Shown: positions 17,501-25,957 of the stretch, piece after piece
Position numbering within the stretch: position 1 is the first letter of the stretch
How the letters are laid out: each line of letters starts with the position of its first letter
Assembly: GCA_049472355.1 (NCBI GenBank)
Contig: JBLIRP010000045.1
Location: forward strand, 1 to 31,167
Reading direction: 5' to 3'
From: a bacterium
GTDB taxonomy: Bacteria > SZUA-182 > DTGQ01 > JAFGSM01
DNA: 31,167 nucleotides
Program-made: the position numbers and the translations under genes
The notes under the pieces: generated by a model
Database searches by the model: none
What the model saw: the letters and a program-made list of their open reading frames with translations, nothing else
What the model was told of the DNA's origin: nothing

Positions 17501-20153
17501 CTATGCCGCATTGCAGGAGTCTGAGGTGTACCAGAATGTTCAGTTGTCCGGCATGAACCAACACCGCCCGCGCTATACGGTGGGCAGGGATGGGATCGCC
17601 CTGTTGAGGCTGCAACCCACCTCCTCCACCGGCGAGGCGGTCATCCGGCTGAATCTCGCAGGGGGCGAGCGGGAGATCAGGACATGGCTGAAGCCCGCTG
17701 CCAGGGAGTGGATACTCGTGGGGCTTGCACAGGGGGGCATCGGGTACGCGACCGTGCGCGATCATATGGAAGGCTCAAATGAGACCGGCATGGAGGAGGG
17801 GATGATCACCGATGGCGGTGTGGCATTCTTCGCAAAGGGGCAGATCAAGGGGAAATGGCTGATGACCATCGCCTATGACAGCGAGCGGGATACGCACAGG
17901 GAGGATAAAAACCTCCACCAGACCATCGACCCCGATGCCTACTACGGCCTGTATGGCGATTCCACGAGCCAGGTACCTGAGGCGGCAAGCGCCGAGAAGC
18001 TGTATCTCAGGATAGAGCGCGGGCAGTTCTACGCCCTGTTCGGGGATTACGACACCGGCCTGACGGTCACCGGGCTTTCCCGCTATAGCCGGAGCCTCAC
18101 CGGATTCAAGACCGAGGGGCAGTCGGAATATTACACCTTCAGCGCGTTCGTGAGTGAAACAAACCAGGCCTTTGTCAAGGACGAGATACGGGGAAACGGC
18201 ACCTCGGGCCTCTACCACCTCTCCAGGAGCAACATCGTCCAGGGCTCCGATAAGGTGACCATCCAGACGCGTGACCGTTTCCGCAGTGAAAGGATCATTT
18301 CCGTCCGGCAGCTCACCAGGCACCTCGATTATGCCATCGATTATGAGACCGGCTCCCTCTATTTCAAGCAGCCGGTCATGAGCAAGGATGAGCAGTTCAA
18401 CCCCGTTTACATCGTTGTGGATTACGAATCCTATGACGAGGGGGACCGGTCGGCGAATTACGGAGGCAGGGGTGCGGTGAGGCTCATGGACCGGAGGCTT
18501 GAGATCGGTGCGACCCACATCCACGAGGGCAGGGTGGGTGGTGAGGGGAACCTCTATGGCGTGGATGTGACCTATGACCTTTTCCATGGGAACAGCATCA
18601 AGGCGGAGGTTGCGCACTCCAGCACCGATTTTGGCGGTGCAAAGAGGCAGGGGGATGCCTACAGCGCCGAGGTCATCCACCAGTCGGATCAGGGGCATGG
18701 ATCCGTATATATCCGCGAGGAACAGGACGGCTTCGGCCTCGGCCAGCAGAACGGGGGCGAGACAGGGACGCAGAAGGTGGGTGTGGAGGCATCCAGAAAG
18801 GTGAATGAGCAGGTGACCCTTACGGGACAGGCATATCGCCATACATTCCGCTCCACAGGCGCGGTGCGTGACGTTCTTGAGGGGGATGGCACATACCGGA
18901 ACGGGGGCTATTCCATCAAGGCCGGCATGAGGGGCGCGGCGGACGAGCTGGGGGATGGCAGGGTGAACAGATCCAATCAGCTTCTGACAGGCGCCGGATA
19001 CGATGCATTCGGCAATCGTCTGAATCTCTCGCTGGAACATGCACAATCGGTGGGCGGGGATAACGGCAGCGGGGATTTTCCCACCCGCACCAGGCTGGGC
19101 GCCGATTATCACATTGCAGCGGATACGACCCTTTTCGGTGTTCATGAAATAACCGACGGAAGGTCGGAGGATGCGCAGATCTCCCGCATAGGGCTGAAGA
19201 CAAGGCCATGGTCGGGGGGGGAGATGCAGACCTCCATGCAGCAGGATATCAACGAGAACGGCCCCAGGACCTTTGCCAATCTCGGTTTGCGCCAGACATG
19301 GCAGGTCACGGAGCAATGGGCTCTGGACGGAAGCCTTGACCAGGCAAGGACAATCAAATCCCCGGGGAATACCCCCTTGAATCTCAATGTCCCTCAGGCA
19401 TCCGGCGGGGGGGATGATTTCACCTCCCTCTCCCTGGGCGCTACCTATACAAGGCAGAAGTGGTCATGGACCTCCCGTGTCGAGCGTCTCATCTCAGACA
19501 CCAGCCACAAATGGGGGCTTTTCACCGGCATCCTTGGCGAACCCCGCCATGGGCTTGGCCTGTCGCTCAGCGCGCAGGTGTTCCATACCGAGCATGCCAC
19601 GGGAGCAGAGGACAGCACGGGCGATATCCGGCTCTGCCTCGCCTATCGGCCAACGCATACGGATTGGATAATCCTTGACCGTCTGGACATCCTCTTTGAC
19701 AGCCGCACGGATGAAACTACGGACCTCGACGGTTGGAGGGTCGTCAATCACCTGAATGCGAATTACACCCGCGAAAAGACGCAGATCTCCCTCCAGTACG
19801 GGGCAAGGTATGTCATAGAGACCATGGATGGCGACAGGTACAGGGGATATACCGACCTTGCAGGCATCGAGGGGCGTTATGATATCACGAAACGTATGGA
19901 TGTGGGGATCCGGGTGAATGTCCTGCACTCATGGAATGCCCGGCAGTTCGATTATTCCTATGGCCCCTCCGTCGGCATGTGCGCAGCGAAAAACCTCTGG
20001 GTCAGCATCGGATACAATATCACCGGATTTACCGACAGGGACTTTTCATACGCGAATTACACGGCACAGGGTCCGTATCTGCGCTTCCGTTTCAAGATAG
20101 ACCAGACAAGCGGCCAGGATATCACAAGGCTGATTCGGATGCTTTTCTTATGA
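14556..20153 (+). CDS. Very large outer-membrane protein: Ig/DUF11/SdrD-B-like domains plus predicted C-terminal beta-barrel
   Basis: ATG 14556 after GGAGGG (alternative 14736 gives a compact signal peptide ending LCA|EE). Complete DUF11 (YVRKTAS..KDLLP..ENLAW..SN), Cna-B/SdrD-like GVRVYLENG..TDKNGMYHF, and a long Gly/aromatic alternating-strand C-terminal region ending LWVSIGYN..GPYLRFRFKIDQ. Confidence 0.8.
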   Translation: MKRRFSLPLSGMTLACAFRGWIAGWIEILSRFSRVCHRSLYSLYSFPVHVFFIRGPRNPPMLLILLFILLLSSYLCAEETNPFPRKVLNTATASFRIGDEGAQTAQSNTVAMAIEFRTPSELSFRQYAPYVSCGESFSVAVTEYDAGGSGDFLTMGAPVIFGTPLDISGPVTLTQGGVYHKGEPIFLVLRDQDQDVDPDRRDTVLVTIAIDALGEKEVLRLTESGENTGVFAGYIQTSSISPAMYDGLLSVADDVRVVATYSDKWDGTDTDASAALVDPYGIIFDSMTGLPVNGATITCIDADTGLPAAVFGDDGVSVFPSTVISGGSVKDSSGREYLFEPGTFRFPFIAPGNYRFEITPPADYFFPSTVSVSIIQSLPGAPFAIDTGSLGGIFVVNPGPVVHIDIPLDPAASALYVRKTASKHTASHGDFIQFMVSVENPSAAATVPGVEVKDLLPRGFRYQKNSTKINGEQGEEPLISPDGRSMTLAIGDLPAHSKASVSYVAEVAAGARIGDAENLAWATGAGGENSNIGKVTVKVRHEFMRSACIILGQVTIEGCADNETTQKENGKREDRGQVPAPCVLPGVRVYLENGSSVITDKNGMYHFEGVDPGVHVVQMDVESIPEEYQPKEGRNDRFAGNAFSRFVDLQAGTMWRADFTVCPKRPPQGEAFMSIEAESPDDGETRGYYVHMGGTGVPLRNVRIVLMLPEGVAYEEGSALLDAMPVPPEIADGALTFRIGDTQAEWMKNLRVNACLSDAKGGQGMLRGVMLFDTETLRNQRTPVAGIDAHAREGDSGLMKMQTEGAAQGKGKGTAQPDQDTGAKGASFDDAWLESAPSGFEWLFPAEGYLPSIPSIKVVIKHHPSERISLLLDGKEVDPLNFDTLIKNKSGTAALSVWRGIDLHEGDNRFEAVLLNSRGEGAGRIARSIHYSDIPVDAEVREGDSAPFADGKTPPVIAIRLTDKYGYPARQGIIGEFSIDPPYAALQESEVYQNVQLSGMNQHRPRYTVGRDGIALLRLQPTSSTGEAVIRLNLAGGEREIRTWLKPAAREWILVGLAQGGIGYATVRDHMEGSNETGMEEGMITDGGVAFFAKGQIKGKWLMTIAYDSERDTHREDKNLHQTIDPDAYYGLYGDSTSQVPEAASAEKLYLRIERGQFYALFGDYDTGLTVTGLSRYSRSLTGFKTEGQSEYYTFSAFVSETNQAFVKDEIRGNGTSGLYHLSRSNIVQGSDKVTIQTRDRFRSERIISVRQLTRHLDYAIDYETGSLYFKQPVMSKDEQFNPVYIVVDYESYDEGDRSANYGGRGAVRLMDRRLEIGATHIHEGRVGGEGNLYGVDVTYDLFHGNSIKAEVAHSSTDFGGAKRQGDAYSAEVIHQSDQGHGSVYIREEQDGFGLGQQNGGETGTQKVGVEASRKVNEQVTLTGQAYRHTFRSTGAVRDVLEGDGTYRNGGYSIKAGMRGAADELGDGRVNRSNQLLTGAGYDAFGNRLNLSLEHAQSVGGDNGSGDFPTRTRLGADYHIAADTTLFGVHEITDGRSEDAQISRIGLKTRPWSGGEMQTSMQQDINENGPRTFANLGLRQTWQVTEQWALDGSLDQARTIKSPGNTPLNLNVPQASGGGDDFTSLSLGATYTRQKWSWTSRVERLISDTSHKWGLFTGILGEPRHGLGLSLSAQVFHTEHATGAEDSTGDIRLCLAYRPTHTDWIILDRLDILFDSRTDETTDLDGWRVVNHLNANYTREKTQISLQYGARYVIETMDGDRYRGYTDLAGIEGRYDITKRMDVGIRVNVLHSWNARQFDYSYGPSVGMCAAKNLWVSIGYNITGFTDRDFSYANYTAQGPYLRFRFKIDQTSGQDITRLIRMLFL

Positions 20154-20292
20154 AACTGCGAATGTCGAATGTTGAATGTCGAATGTTGAATGTTGAAGTG
20201 AAAGTGAAACGCACATGAGCCGGATGAAACTGCGAATGTCGAATATCGAATGTAGAATGTAGAAGTGAATGTAGAAGTGAAACGCAGATGAG
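20150..20292 (+). repeat. Two ~74-bp units built from GAATGTY heptamers
   Basis: ATGAAACTGCGAATGTCGAAT... at 20150 and 20224, each ending GAAGTGAAACGCA(C/G)ATGAG-like; unit 1 overlaps the stop of the large gene. Confidence 0.85.
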
Positions 20293-20340
20293 ACTTCGGC
20301 TCACAAGGAAGCATGAAAATGCCCCGGAGGGGATTTTCAG

Positions 20341-23052
20341 ATGAAAGGGATGCACTTTCAAGAGGACAACCGAGCAATGGACCGGACCGTTTGCAGCGCA
20401 ATACAGATAACGAAGATCATTATTGCATGCGCACTCATCATCCTTCCCCTTTTTTGCTTTCTCCTTCTGGAGGGTGCAGACCCAGTCTATGCCGGGACAC
20501 CGGTGACCTTGTACCGAAGCTTTGCGGGAAATATCGATTTCACCAGCACCGGGGGGACATTGAGGACACAGCCGAATCCGGTCGATGCCTGCGCGGTGAC
20601 GGACCATGGCTCGGCACCCCTTTTCGATATCCCTTCCGGCGCCGTGATCAGGGCGGCATATCTCTACTGGGCAGGCTCATATGCCGACCGAAAGGGATCA
20701 ACGCGGCGAACCCCCGATTATGACATAACCTTCGAGGCATATAACCTGACCGCAGACCGCACATTCACCGAGACGTTCCCCTTCTCAGGGACGAACCATG
20801 ACTTTTTCTGCGGTTTTGCCGATGTAACCCCGATCGTTGCCGCAAAAGGGAATGGCACCTATTCATTCGGGGGGCTGAGCGTCAACAGCGGCGCCCCTCA
20901 TTGCGGCAGCAAGGGTGTGGTGGCGGGCTGGGCACTGGTGGTCGTGTTTGAGCATCCGGGGGAGCACTTCCGGGTCATCAACCTGTTCGACGGGTTCCAG
21001 TACTACTGGGGGAGCCAGATCATCCTGACCCCGGGCAACTTCCGCATTCCCGTTTCTCCCATAGAGGGGAGGCATGCGCACATAAGCTGGGAGGGGGACG
21101 AGGAGAATTCAAATCCCTTGAACGGCTATACGGAGGGCCTCATCTTCAACGGAAATGTGCTCACGGACGGCCTCAGCCCGGTCAACAACCAGTTCAACTC
21201 AACGATCAACAGCCTGGGTGTGGATGACAGCTACGGCGTGGATATCGACACGTACGATATCAGCGCCTACCTTCATGCAGGCGACACCTCGGCCACCACC
21301 ATATACCGCTCGGGCGAGGATATGGTGCTCCTGAGCGCAGAGATCATCTCGGTGACCAACACCCCTGTGGCGGACCTTGCGATTGCCAAGAATCATGCGG
21401 GGGGATTCACCGTCGGAGAAAACGGCGCGTATACCATTGTAGTCAGCAACAACGGTCCCCATGATGCGGAGGGCCCCATTACCGTGAGCGATACCCTGCC
21501 TGCAGGTCTTGATTATGTTACAAGCTCCGGCACCGGCTGGACGGCGGACACATCCGCATTGCCGGTCATCACCTGGACACATCCCGGCCCGCTGCCCGAA
21601 GGGGAGGGATTGCCTCCCGTAACATTGACCGTGTCCGCAGGTCCTGCGGCCGTCCCGCAGGTAACGAATACGGTGACCGTCTCGAGCCCCACCTTCGACA
21701 ATCAGGCCGGCAACAACAGCAGCAGCGACCCGACCGCGGTCCTCGGCCCTGACACTGCCAACAAGCCGCTGTATCTGTATGGAAGCCCGGGGCTTCAGCT
21801 TTCCCGGACCCCGCCCCAGGGGTCACCGGCATCGGTGACCATCCAGGGAAACGGGAGATCCGTTCAATGGAGCATGACACCGGCGACCGCAGCCCCTCTC
21901 ACCCTCGCCGCAGGGCTTCACCCGGTCAGGCTCTGGATCAGCCGTGATCGCAAGGGGACATCCCGGACGCTTACCGTGGCGATTGCCTCCACCGGCGCCA
22001 CATCCGGTCCCATCGGGGACCCGGTCACCAGAAGCTTTACCATTTCCCATGGGCGCCGGGGCACCACACAGATACCTTTCAATGTGTCCCTGCCCTCGGA
22101 AGTCACCCTCTTGCCGGGCTCCCGGATCACCTTGACCGTAACCAACGGATCCTCTCATAAGGATCATTCCGTGACCGTGCATACCTCCTTTGAGGACGAA
22201 AGCTCACGGGTCGATCTGAATGCCTCGACGGTCATCGATATCCATACCGCAGGGGCATACGATGCGCCCTATCCCGGAGGGGCTGTCCCGCCCTGTTTTC
22301 TCCCCGGCTCCCCTGTGCATATCAGGGCCATGGTAGCTGATCCCTTCGGGAGCTTCGATATAAGCGGCGTCACCATCACCATCATCAATCCGGAAAATTT
22401 CATCGTCATTGCAAACGCCCCTATGCCAAAGGTATTCGATTCAGGGGGATCGGATGCAGTCTATGAATATCCGTATGATCTGCCTTCATGGCCCACCGGT
22501 ACATGGCAGGCGATCATCAGGGCCATGGAGGGGACAGAGGACCTGGTGAACGACGAATATGTCTTTTCATTCCCCGTCGGCGGACCGGAGATCCTGGTGA
22601 TGAAAAGCGTCTACACCCTTTCGGATCCATACAACGAAAATGTCAATCCCAAGGCGATCCCCGGTGCTACCATGCTCTATACGATTACCATCACCAATCA
22701 GGGGATCGGCCCTGTGGACGGCAACACCATGGTGATCACAGACCCCGTCCCCGAACATACATCCCTGTTTGTGAACGATATTGATGCCCCCGGCTCAGGG
22801 CCCCTCCTCTTCCTGGACGGGACGGTCCCGAGCGGCCTGACCTATACATTCACCAGCCTGGAGAGCGCAACGGATGATATCGACTTCTCCAATGACGGCG
22901 GGATGACATACACCTACGTGCCCCTATCGGATGCCCAGGGATTTGACGGGAATGTCACCCATATTCGGGTGTCTCCCCAGGGTGCCTTCCAGGGGAGCAC
23001 CACACCGCCCGCCCCATACGCTGACCTGAAATTCAAGGTGCGAGTGAACTGA
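20341..23052 (+). CDS. Secreted multidomain DUF11 adhesin-like protein
   Basis: Signal peptide ending VYA|GTP (start may be 20377). N-terminal beta-sandwich with AAYLYWAG, GWALVVVFE, DIDTYDIS (DUF3344-like); complete DUF11 (ADLAIAK..SDTLP..TNTVTV..NNSSSD); C-terminal DUF11 half (VMKSV..SDPYN..NPKAIPGATMLYTITITN..TDPVP..LKFKVRVN*). Confidence 0.82.
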   Translation: MKGMHFQEDNRAMDRTVCSAIQITKIIIACALIILPLFCFLLLEGADPVYAGTPVTLYRSFAGNIDFTSTGGTLRTQPNPVDACAVTDHGSAPLFDIPSGAVIRAAYLYWAGSYADRKGSTRRTPDYDITFEAYNLTADRTFTETFPFSGTNHDFFCGFADVTPIVAAKGNGTYSFGGLSVNSGAPHCGSKGVVAGWALVVVFEHPGEHFRVINLFDGFQYYWGSQIILTPGNFRIPVSPIEGRHAHISWEGDEENSNPLNGYTEGLIFNGNVLTDGLSPVNNQFNSTINSLGVDDSYGVDIDTYDISAYLHAGDTSATTIYRSGEDMVLLSAEIISVTNTPVADLAIAKNHAGGFTVGENGAYTIVVSNNGPHDAEGPITVSDTLPAGLDYVTSSGTGWTADTSALPVITWTHPGPLPEGEGLPPVTLTVSAGPAAVPQVTNTVTVSSPTFDNQAGNNSSSDPTAVLGPDTANKPLYLYGSPGLQLSRTPPQGSPASVTIQGNGRSVQWSMTPATAAPLTLAAGLHPVRLWISRDRKGTSRTLTVAIASTGATSGPIGDPVTRSFTISHGRRGTTQIPFNVSLPSEVTLLPGSRITLTVTNGSSHKDHSVTVHTSFEDESSRVDLNASTVIDIHTAGAYDAPYPGGAVPPCFLPGSPVHIRAMVADPFGSFDISGVTITIINPENFIVIANAPMPKVFDSGGSDAVYEYPYDLPSWPTGTWQAIIRAMEGTEDLVNDEYVFSFPVGGPEILVMKSVYTLSDPYNENVNPKAIPGATMLYTITITNQGIGPVDGNTMVITDPVPEHTSLFVNDIDAPGSGPLLFLDGTVPSGLTYTFTSLESATDDIDFSNDGGMTYTYVPLSDAQGFDGNVTHIRVSPQGAFQGSTTPPAPYADLKFKVRVN

Positions 23053-23092
23053 TCCGCTCGTGGCAATGCCCACCGGAATCCACCCCGTTCCC

Positions 23093-23121
23093 TTTACATT
23101 TTGTGCTACCCTTGTTAAAAT
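23093..23121 (+). promoter_or_regulatory. Sigma70 promoter with extended -10
   Basis: TTTACA-17 nt-TAAAAT with TG at 23113-23114. Confidence 0.6.
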
Positions 23122-23463
23122 TTATAGTAAATAAAAGGGTTTTTTCCCGGCAATGACTATGAAGGGGGATTGTACCGATTCCCTCCATGGACTCGGCAGT
23201 CCTTCCATACCCTATGATTGACGACGTGAGGGGTGGTGTTTAACCCCTCATGCACACAGAAGGCGCTCCCTTTCCAGAAGCCTGTTCGATGAATCGAGAC
23301 GAAGGGAGGTGAGAAGTAACCATCCGGTATAAGGCATCCTTTGAACACCTGTCGATTCGTTCCACAAGGAGGTATATGCAGTTCCTTTAAACACACATGA
23401 ATTGCACCTTACGTGAGTTCCGTTTTGCGTTGTCCACGTTTTTTTGCATTTAGGAGGTTTGCC

Positions 23464-24015
23464 ATGTTTGGAAAAATAAACATTTTGAAATGGGGGATAA
23501 TGGCACTTGTAATCCTGACGGCGGTGGTACTCATCAGTGCACCATCGGCACGTGCCCAGTACTGGTCCGCCCTTCCCCCGTATAATCTTCTCTGGCCGCT
23601 CTGGTCTCCCGCACTCTCTCCCGTCGATGCAGTCACCGGTCTTGCGACCCCCCTGATTTCCCAATTGACCGCCGGCACCAGCCTGCCTGTTCAACCGAGC
23701 CTCGCATGGGACCCTGCGCGTCAATTTCCGTGGCTTCTGTACAATATCCCCGGGATACTGGGAGGCGGCATAACCTATTTCGATCCCTATTTCGGTCTCA
23801 ATCCATGGCCCCCGTCATATCTCCTCGATTCCTCCGGGCTGGCCGCACCCCTGACTCTCCCTCTCGATTTCGGGCTCCTTCCCCCCACGGACCTCGCTGC
23901 ATTCGGTCCATTCGTCGGGCAGGCCAATCTCTCATTCCTCGCGACCTATCCCACGGCGAACTTCGGCATTCCGCTGGCGAGCTTGCTGACGGCAGCCCGG
24001 ATATGGGGGCTGTAG
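23464..24015 (+). CDS. Secreted Pro/Leu/Trp-rich hypothetical protein
   Basis: AGGAGG SD, ATG 23464, signal peptide ending ARA|QYWSALPPYNLLWPLWSP; codon usage looks native. Confidence 0.8.
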   Translation: MFGKINILKWGIMALVILTAVVLISAPSARAQYWSALPPYNLLWPLWSPALSPVDAVTGLATPLISQLTAGTSLPVQPSLAWDPARQFPWLLYNIPGILGGGITYFDPYFGLNPWPPSYLLDSSGLAAPLTLPLDFGLLPPTDLAAFGPFVGQANLSFLATYPTANFGIPLASLLTAARIWGL

Positions 24016-24266
24016 CCCATCTGATATAATGGGTATTCTTTCACATTGACAGCAACGGATGGAATGAGGCCGTCTGACACCATAAAAAACATGCTGACCC
24101 TTACGACAGGGCCGGTGGAAGACGGCCTCTTCACATTGTTCACCAATCATGCCATGTGCCTGATGATTCATGATACCGGTCATCCCACGTTTCACCGCGC
24201 GTTGTTTCGGACGATCCATCAACGGCACATGAAACCCCCTTCCGTATCGATCCGTGAGTCAAAAAA

Positions 24267-24295
24267 TTGCCTGTACGTCGTTTATGGTATACAAT
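24267..24295 (+). promoter_or_regulatory. Sigma70-type promoter
   Basis: TTGCCT-17 nt-TACAAT, about 105 nt upstream of ATG 24401. Confidence 0.5.
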
Positions 24296-24400
24296 AATAA
24301 GAATGACACCATGGATTCTCCTGCCACCTGCTGGATATTACAAGGGGTTCACTCCCTCTGACACGACAGTGAAACTTTGCCGTTACATGGGTAGTGGTAT

Positions 24401-25711
24401 ATGAAATCGACCGACACAACCTCCCGGCGAAAAACCGCGTTTCCCCATAAGAGGTTTCTTACCCTTGCCGAGGAATATGCCCACGGTCTCTTGAGCCAAT
24501 GCATGATCGTCGAAGGGCGGAATCCCGAACGTATGATCCGCAGCAGGGCATTCCTGAGCATGCTCATCGCCAATGCACGGATGTTGGAGGACTTTTTGGA
24601 TGATCATGGGGCACGGCGGAATAAGCGATGGTTCTATTTCAGGGAGCTCGTGGCCACCGCCCGGGGATTTGGACAGACCGGGTATCTGATCGTCTTCATT
24701 CAAAAACGATATCCCCCGGACAGTATCGAGCTGAAGGATTTTACGGAATTCTTCCATCGGCTGGACCAGGTCCAGCATTTCCACGAAAAGGCCCTTGCCC
24801 ACATCTTCAAAAAACTGTTGCTGCGCGCACGGCAACTTGGTATCCAGCCTTCTAAAAAAGACTTCGACGTGGTTGAGGAGGATACGTCCCTTGAGCACCT
24901 CGCCCTTCCGATTACCAAGGTGCGGACATTTTACGGCAACGAAGAGAAGGATATCGCGAAGATCTGCTCCCTCTACCAGAACCTTGCCCAAAACTTTGAC
25001 CCGATCGCCTGTCACACCGATAAACAAAAGGTTAAAAAAATAAAACAGATTGTTCCCGATGTGATCAACGAGGAATGCATCCGGAATTTTGAATTGGAGA
25101 TGCACAACCTCGAATCCGTCTATGACACCTATGTCAATAACCGATCCCGTGAGGACAAGGATCCCCGGCTGGTGCATCTGCGGAATTATATCTCCATTCC
25201 CCTGTTACTCCTGGAGGCGACCCGGGCGTGGACGCATTTTTACGAACGTCATCCGAAGATACATCAGGAGATACACCGGGAGATCCAGACGGAGTGCATC
25301 CTTGACTATATCGTCACCTGGGCATTGAACTGTTGCAGGAAGTTCGTGGCGTACGGGAAGAACCTCGCCGACGAGCTTCTGCACGATTATACCTCGAAGG
25401 ATTCCATTGAATTGCCTATCCCCAGAAACCTCGGCTTTCACCTGAGGCCGGCCACCCTCGTCGCAAAGATCGTCAATCACTACGGTTCAGAGGTATCCAT
25501 GTATGTGGGCGAAGACCGGTTCGATGCAAGCAGCATCCTGAGCATCACCTGGGCAGGCGGGAAATTGGCCAGGGACAACATACAAACGGTGACCTTTGTC
25601 GGTGATAAGAGGGCGCTTGAGGACCTGAAAATCCTGGCGAGCGTCAATTACGGAGAGGATACCATGGGAACGGATCAACCCTTGCCCAAGGAGCTCTCCT
25701 ACCTGCGATAG
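24401..25711 (+). CDS. Long HPr-domain protein (uncharacterised N-terminal region + C-terminal HPr)
   Basis: C-terminal LGFHLRPATLVAKIVNHYGSEV..FDASSILSI carries the HPr His15 and Ser46-region motifs; about 330 aa of helical-looking sequence precede it. Confidence 0.85.
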   Translation: MKSTDTTSRRKTAFPHKRFLTLAEEYAHGLLSQCMIVEGRNPERMIRSRAFLSMLIANARMLEDFLDDHGARRNKRWFYFRELVATARGFGQTGYLIVFIQKRYPPDSIELKDFTEFFHRLDQVQHFHEKALAHIFKKLLLRARQLGIQPSKKDFDVVEEDTSLEHLALPITKVRTFYGNEEKDIAKICSLYQNLAQNFDPIACHTDKQKVKKIKQIVPDVINEECIRNFELEMHNLESVYDTYVNNRSREDKDPRLVHLRNYISIPLLLLEATRAWTHFYERHPKIHQEIHREIQTECILDYIVTWALNCCRKFVAYGKNLADELLHDYTSKDSIELPIPRNLGFHLRPATLVAKIVNHYGSEVSMYVGEDRFDASSILSITWAGGKLARDNIQTVTFVGDKRALEDLKILASVNYGEDTMGTDQPLPKELSYLR

Positions 25712-25897
25712 GTCCTTCCTCATCCCTGTATAAGGGTATATTCCCGGTTTCATTCAGTTCGATTAAAGGACTCCAGGGTTGACGCTCCATCTCCTTGAGC
25801 TCGGCAACCATGGCATCGTTCCTTGCATTGCTTAAGGATGCATAGAACGAGACTCGAGTACGATAGTTTTCAAATTATTTCCTCCGTTTTAATATGC

Positions 25898-25957
25898 AGT
25901 GGCTTGTGCGGATCGGGCGCGGATTATTTCAAATCGCCTGCATCCGGCTTGTTCGAC
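25898..25957 (-). mobile_element. Degenerate attC-like site
   Basis: Minus strand GTCGAAC-AAGC-CGGATGCAGGCG-loop-CGCCCGATCCG: R''-like ..AAC plus paired L boxes with an extra base. The closing GTT is missing. Confidence 0.4.

Noticed and set aside
17775..19316. 513-aa minus-strand ORF (likewise 3920-5278, 1451-2779, 24383-25177)
   Set aside because: Shadow or alternate-frame ORFs of well-supported genes in GC-rich DNA, with no motifs.
11555..23052. Classical chaperone-usher, type IV, curli or sortase pilus annotation
   Set aside because: No PapD/PapC motifs, prepilin GFxxxE, CsgA repeats, LPxTG or sortase are visible.
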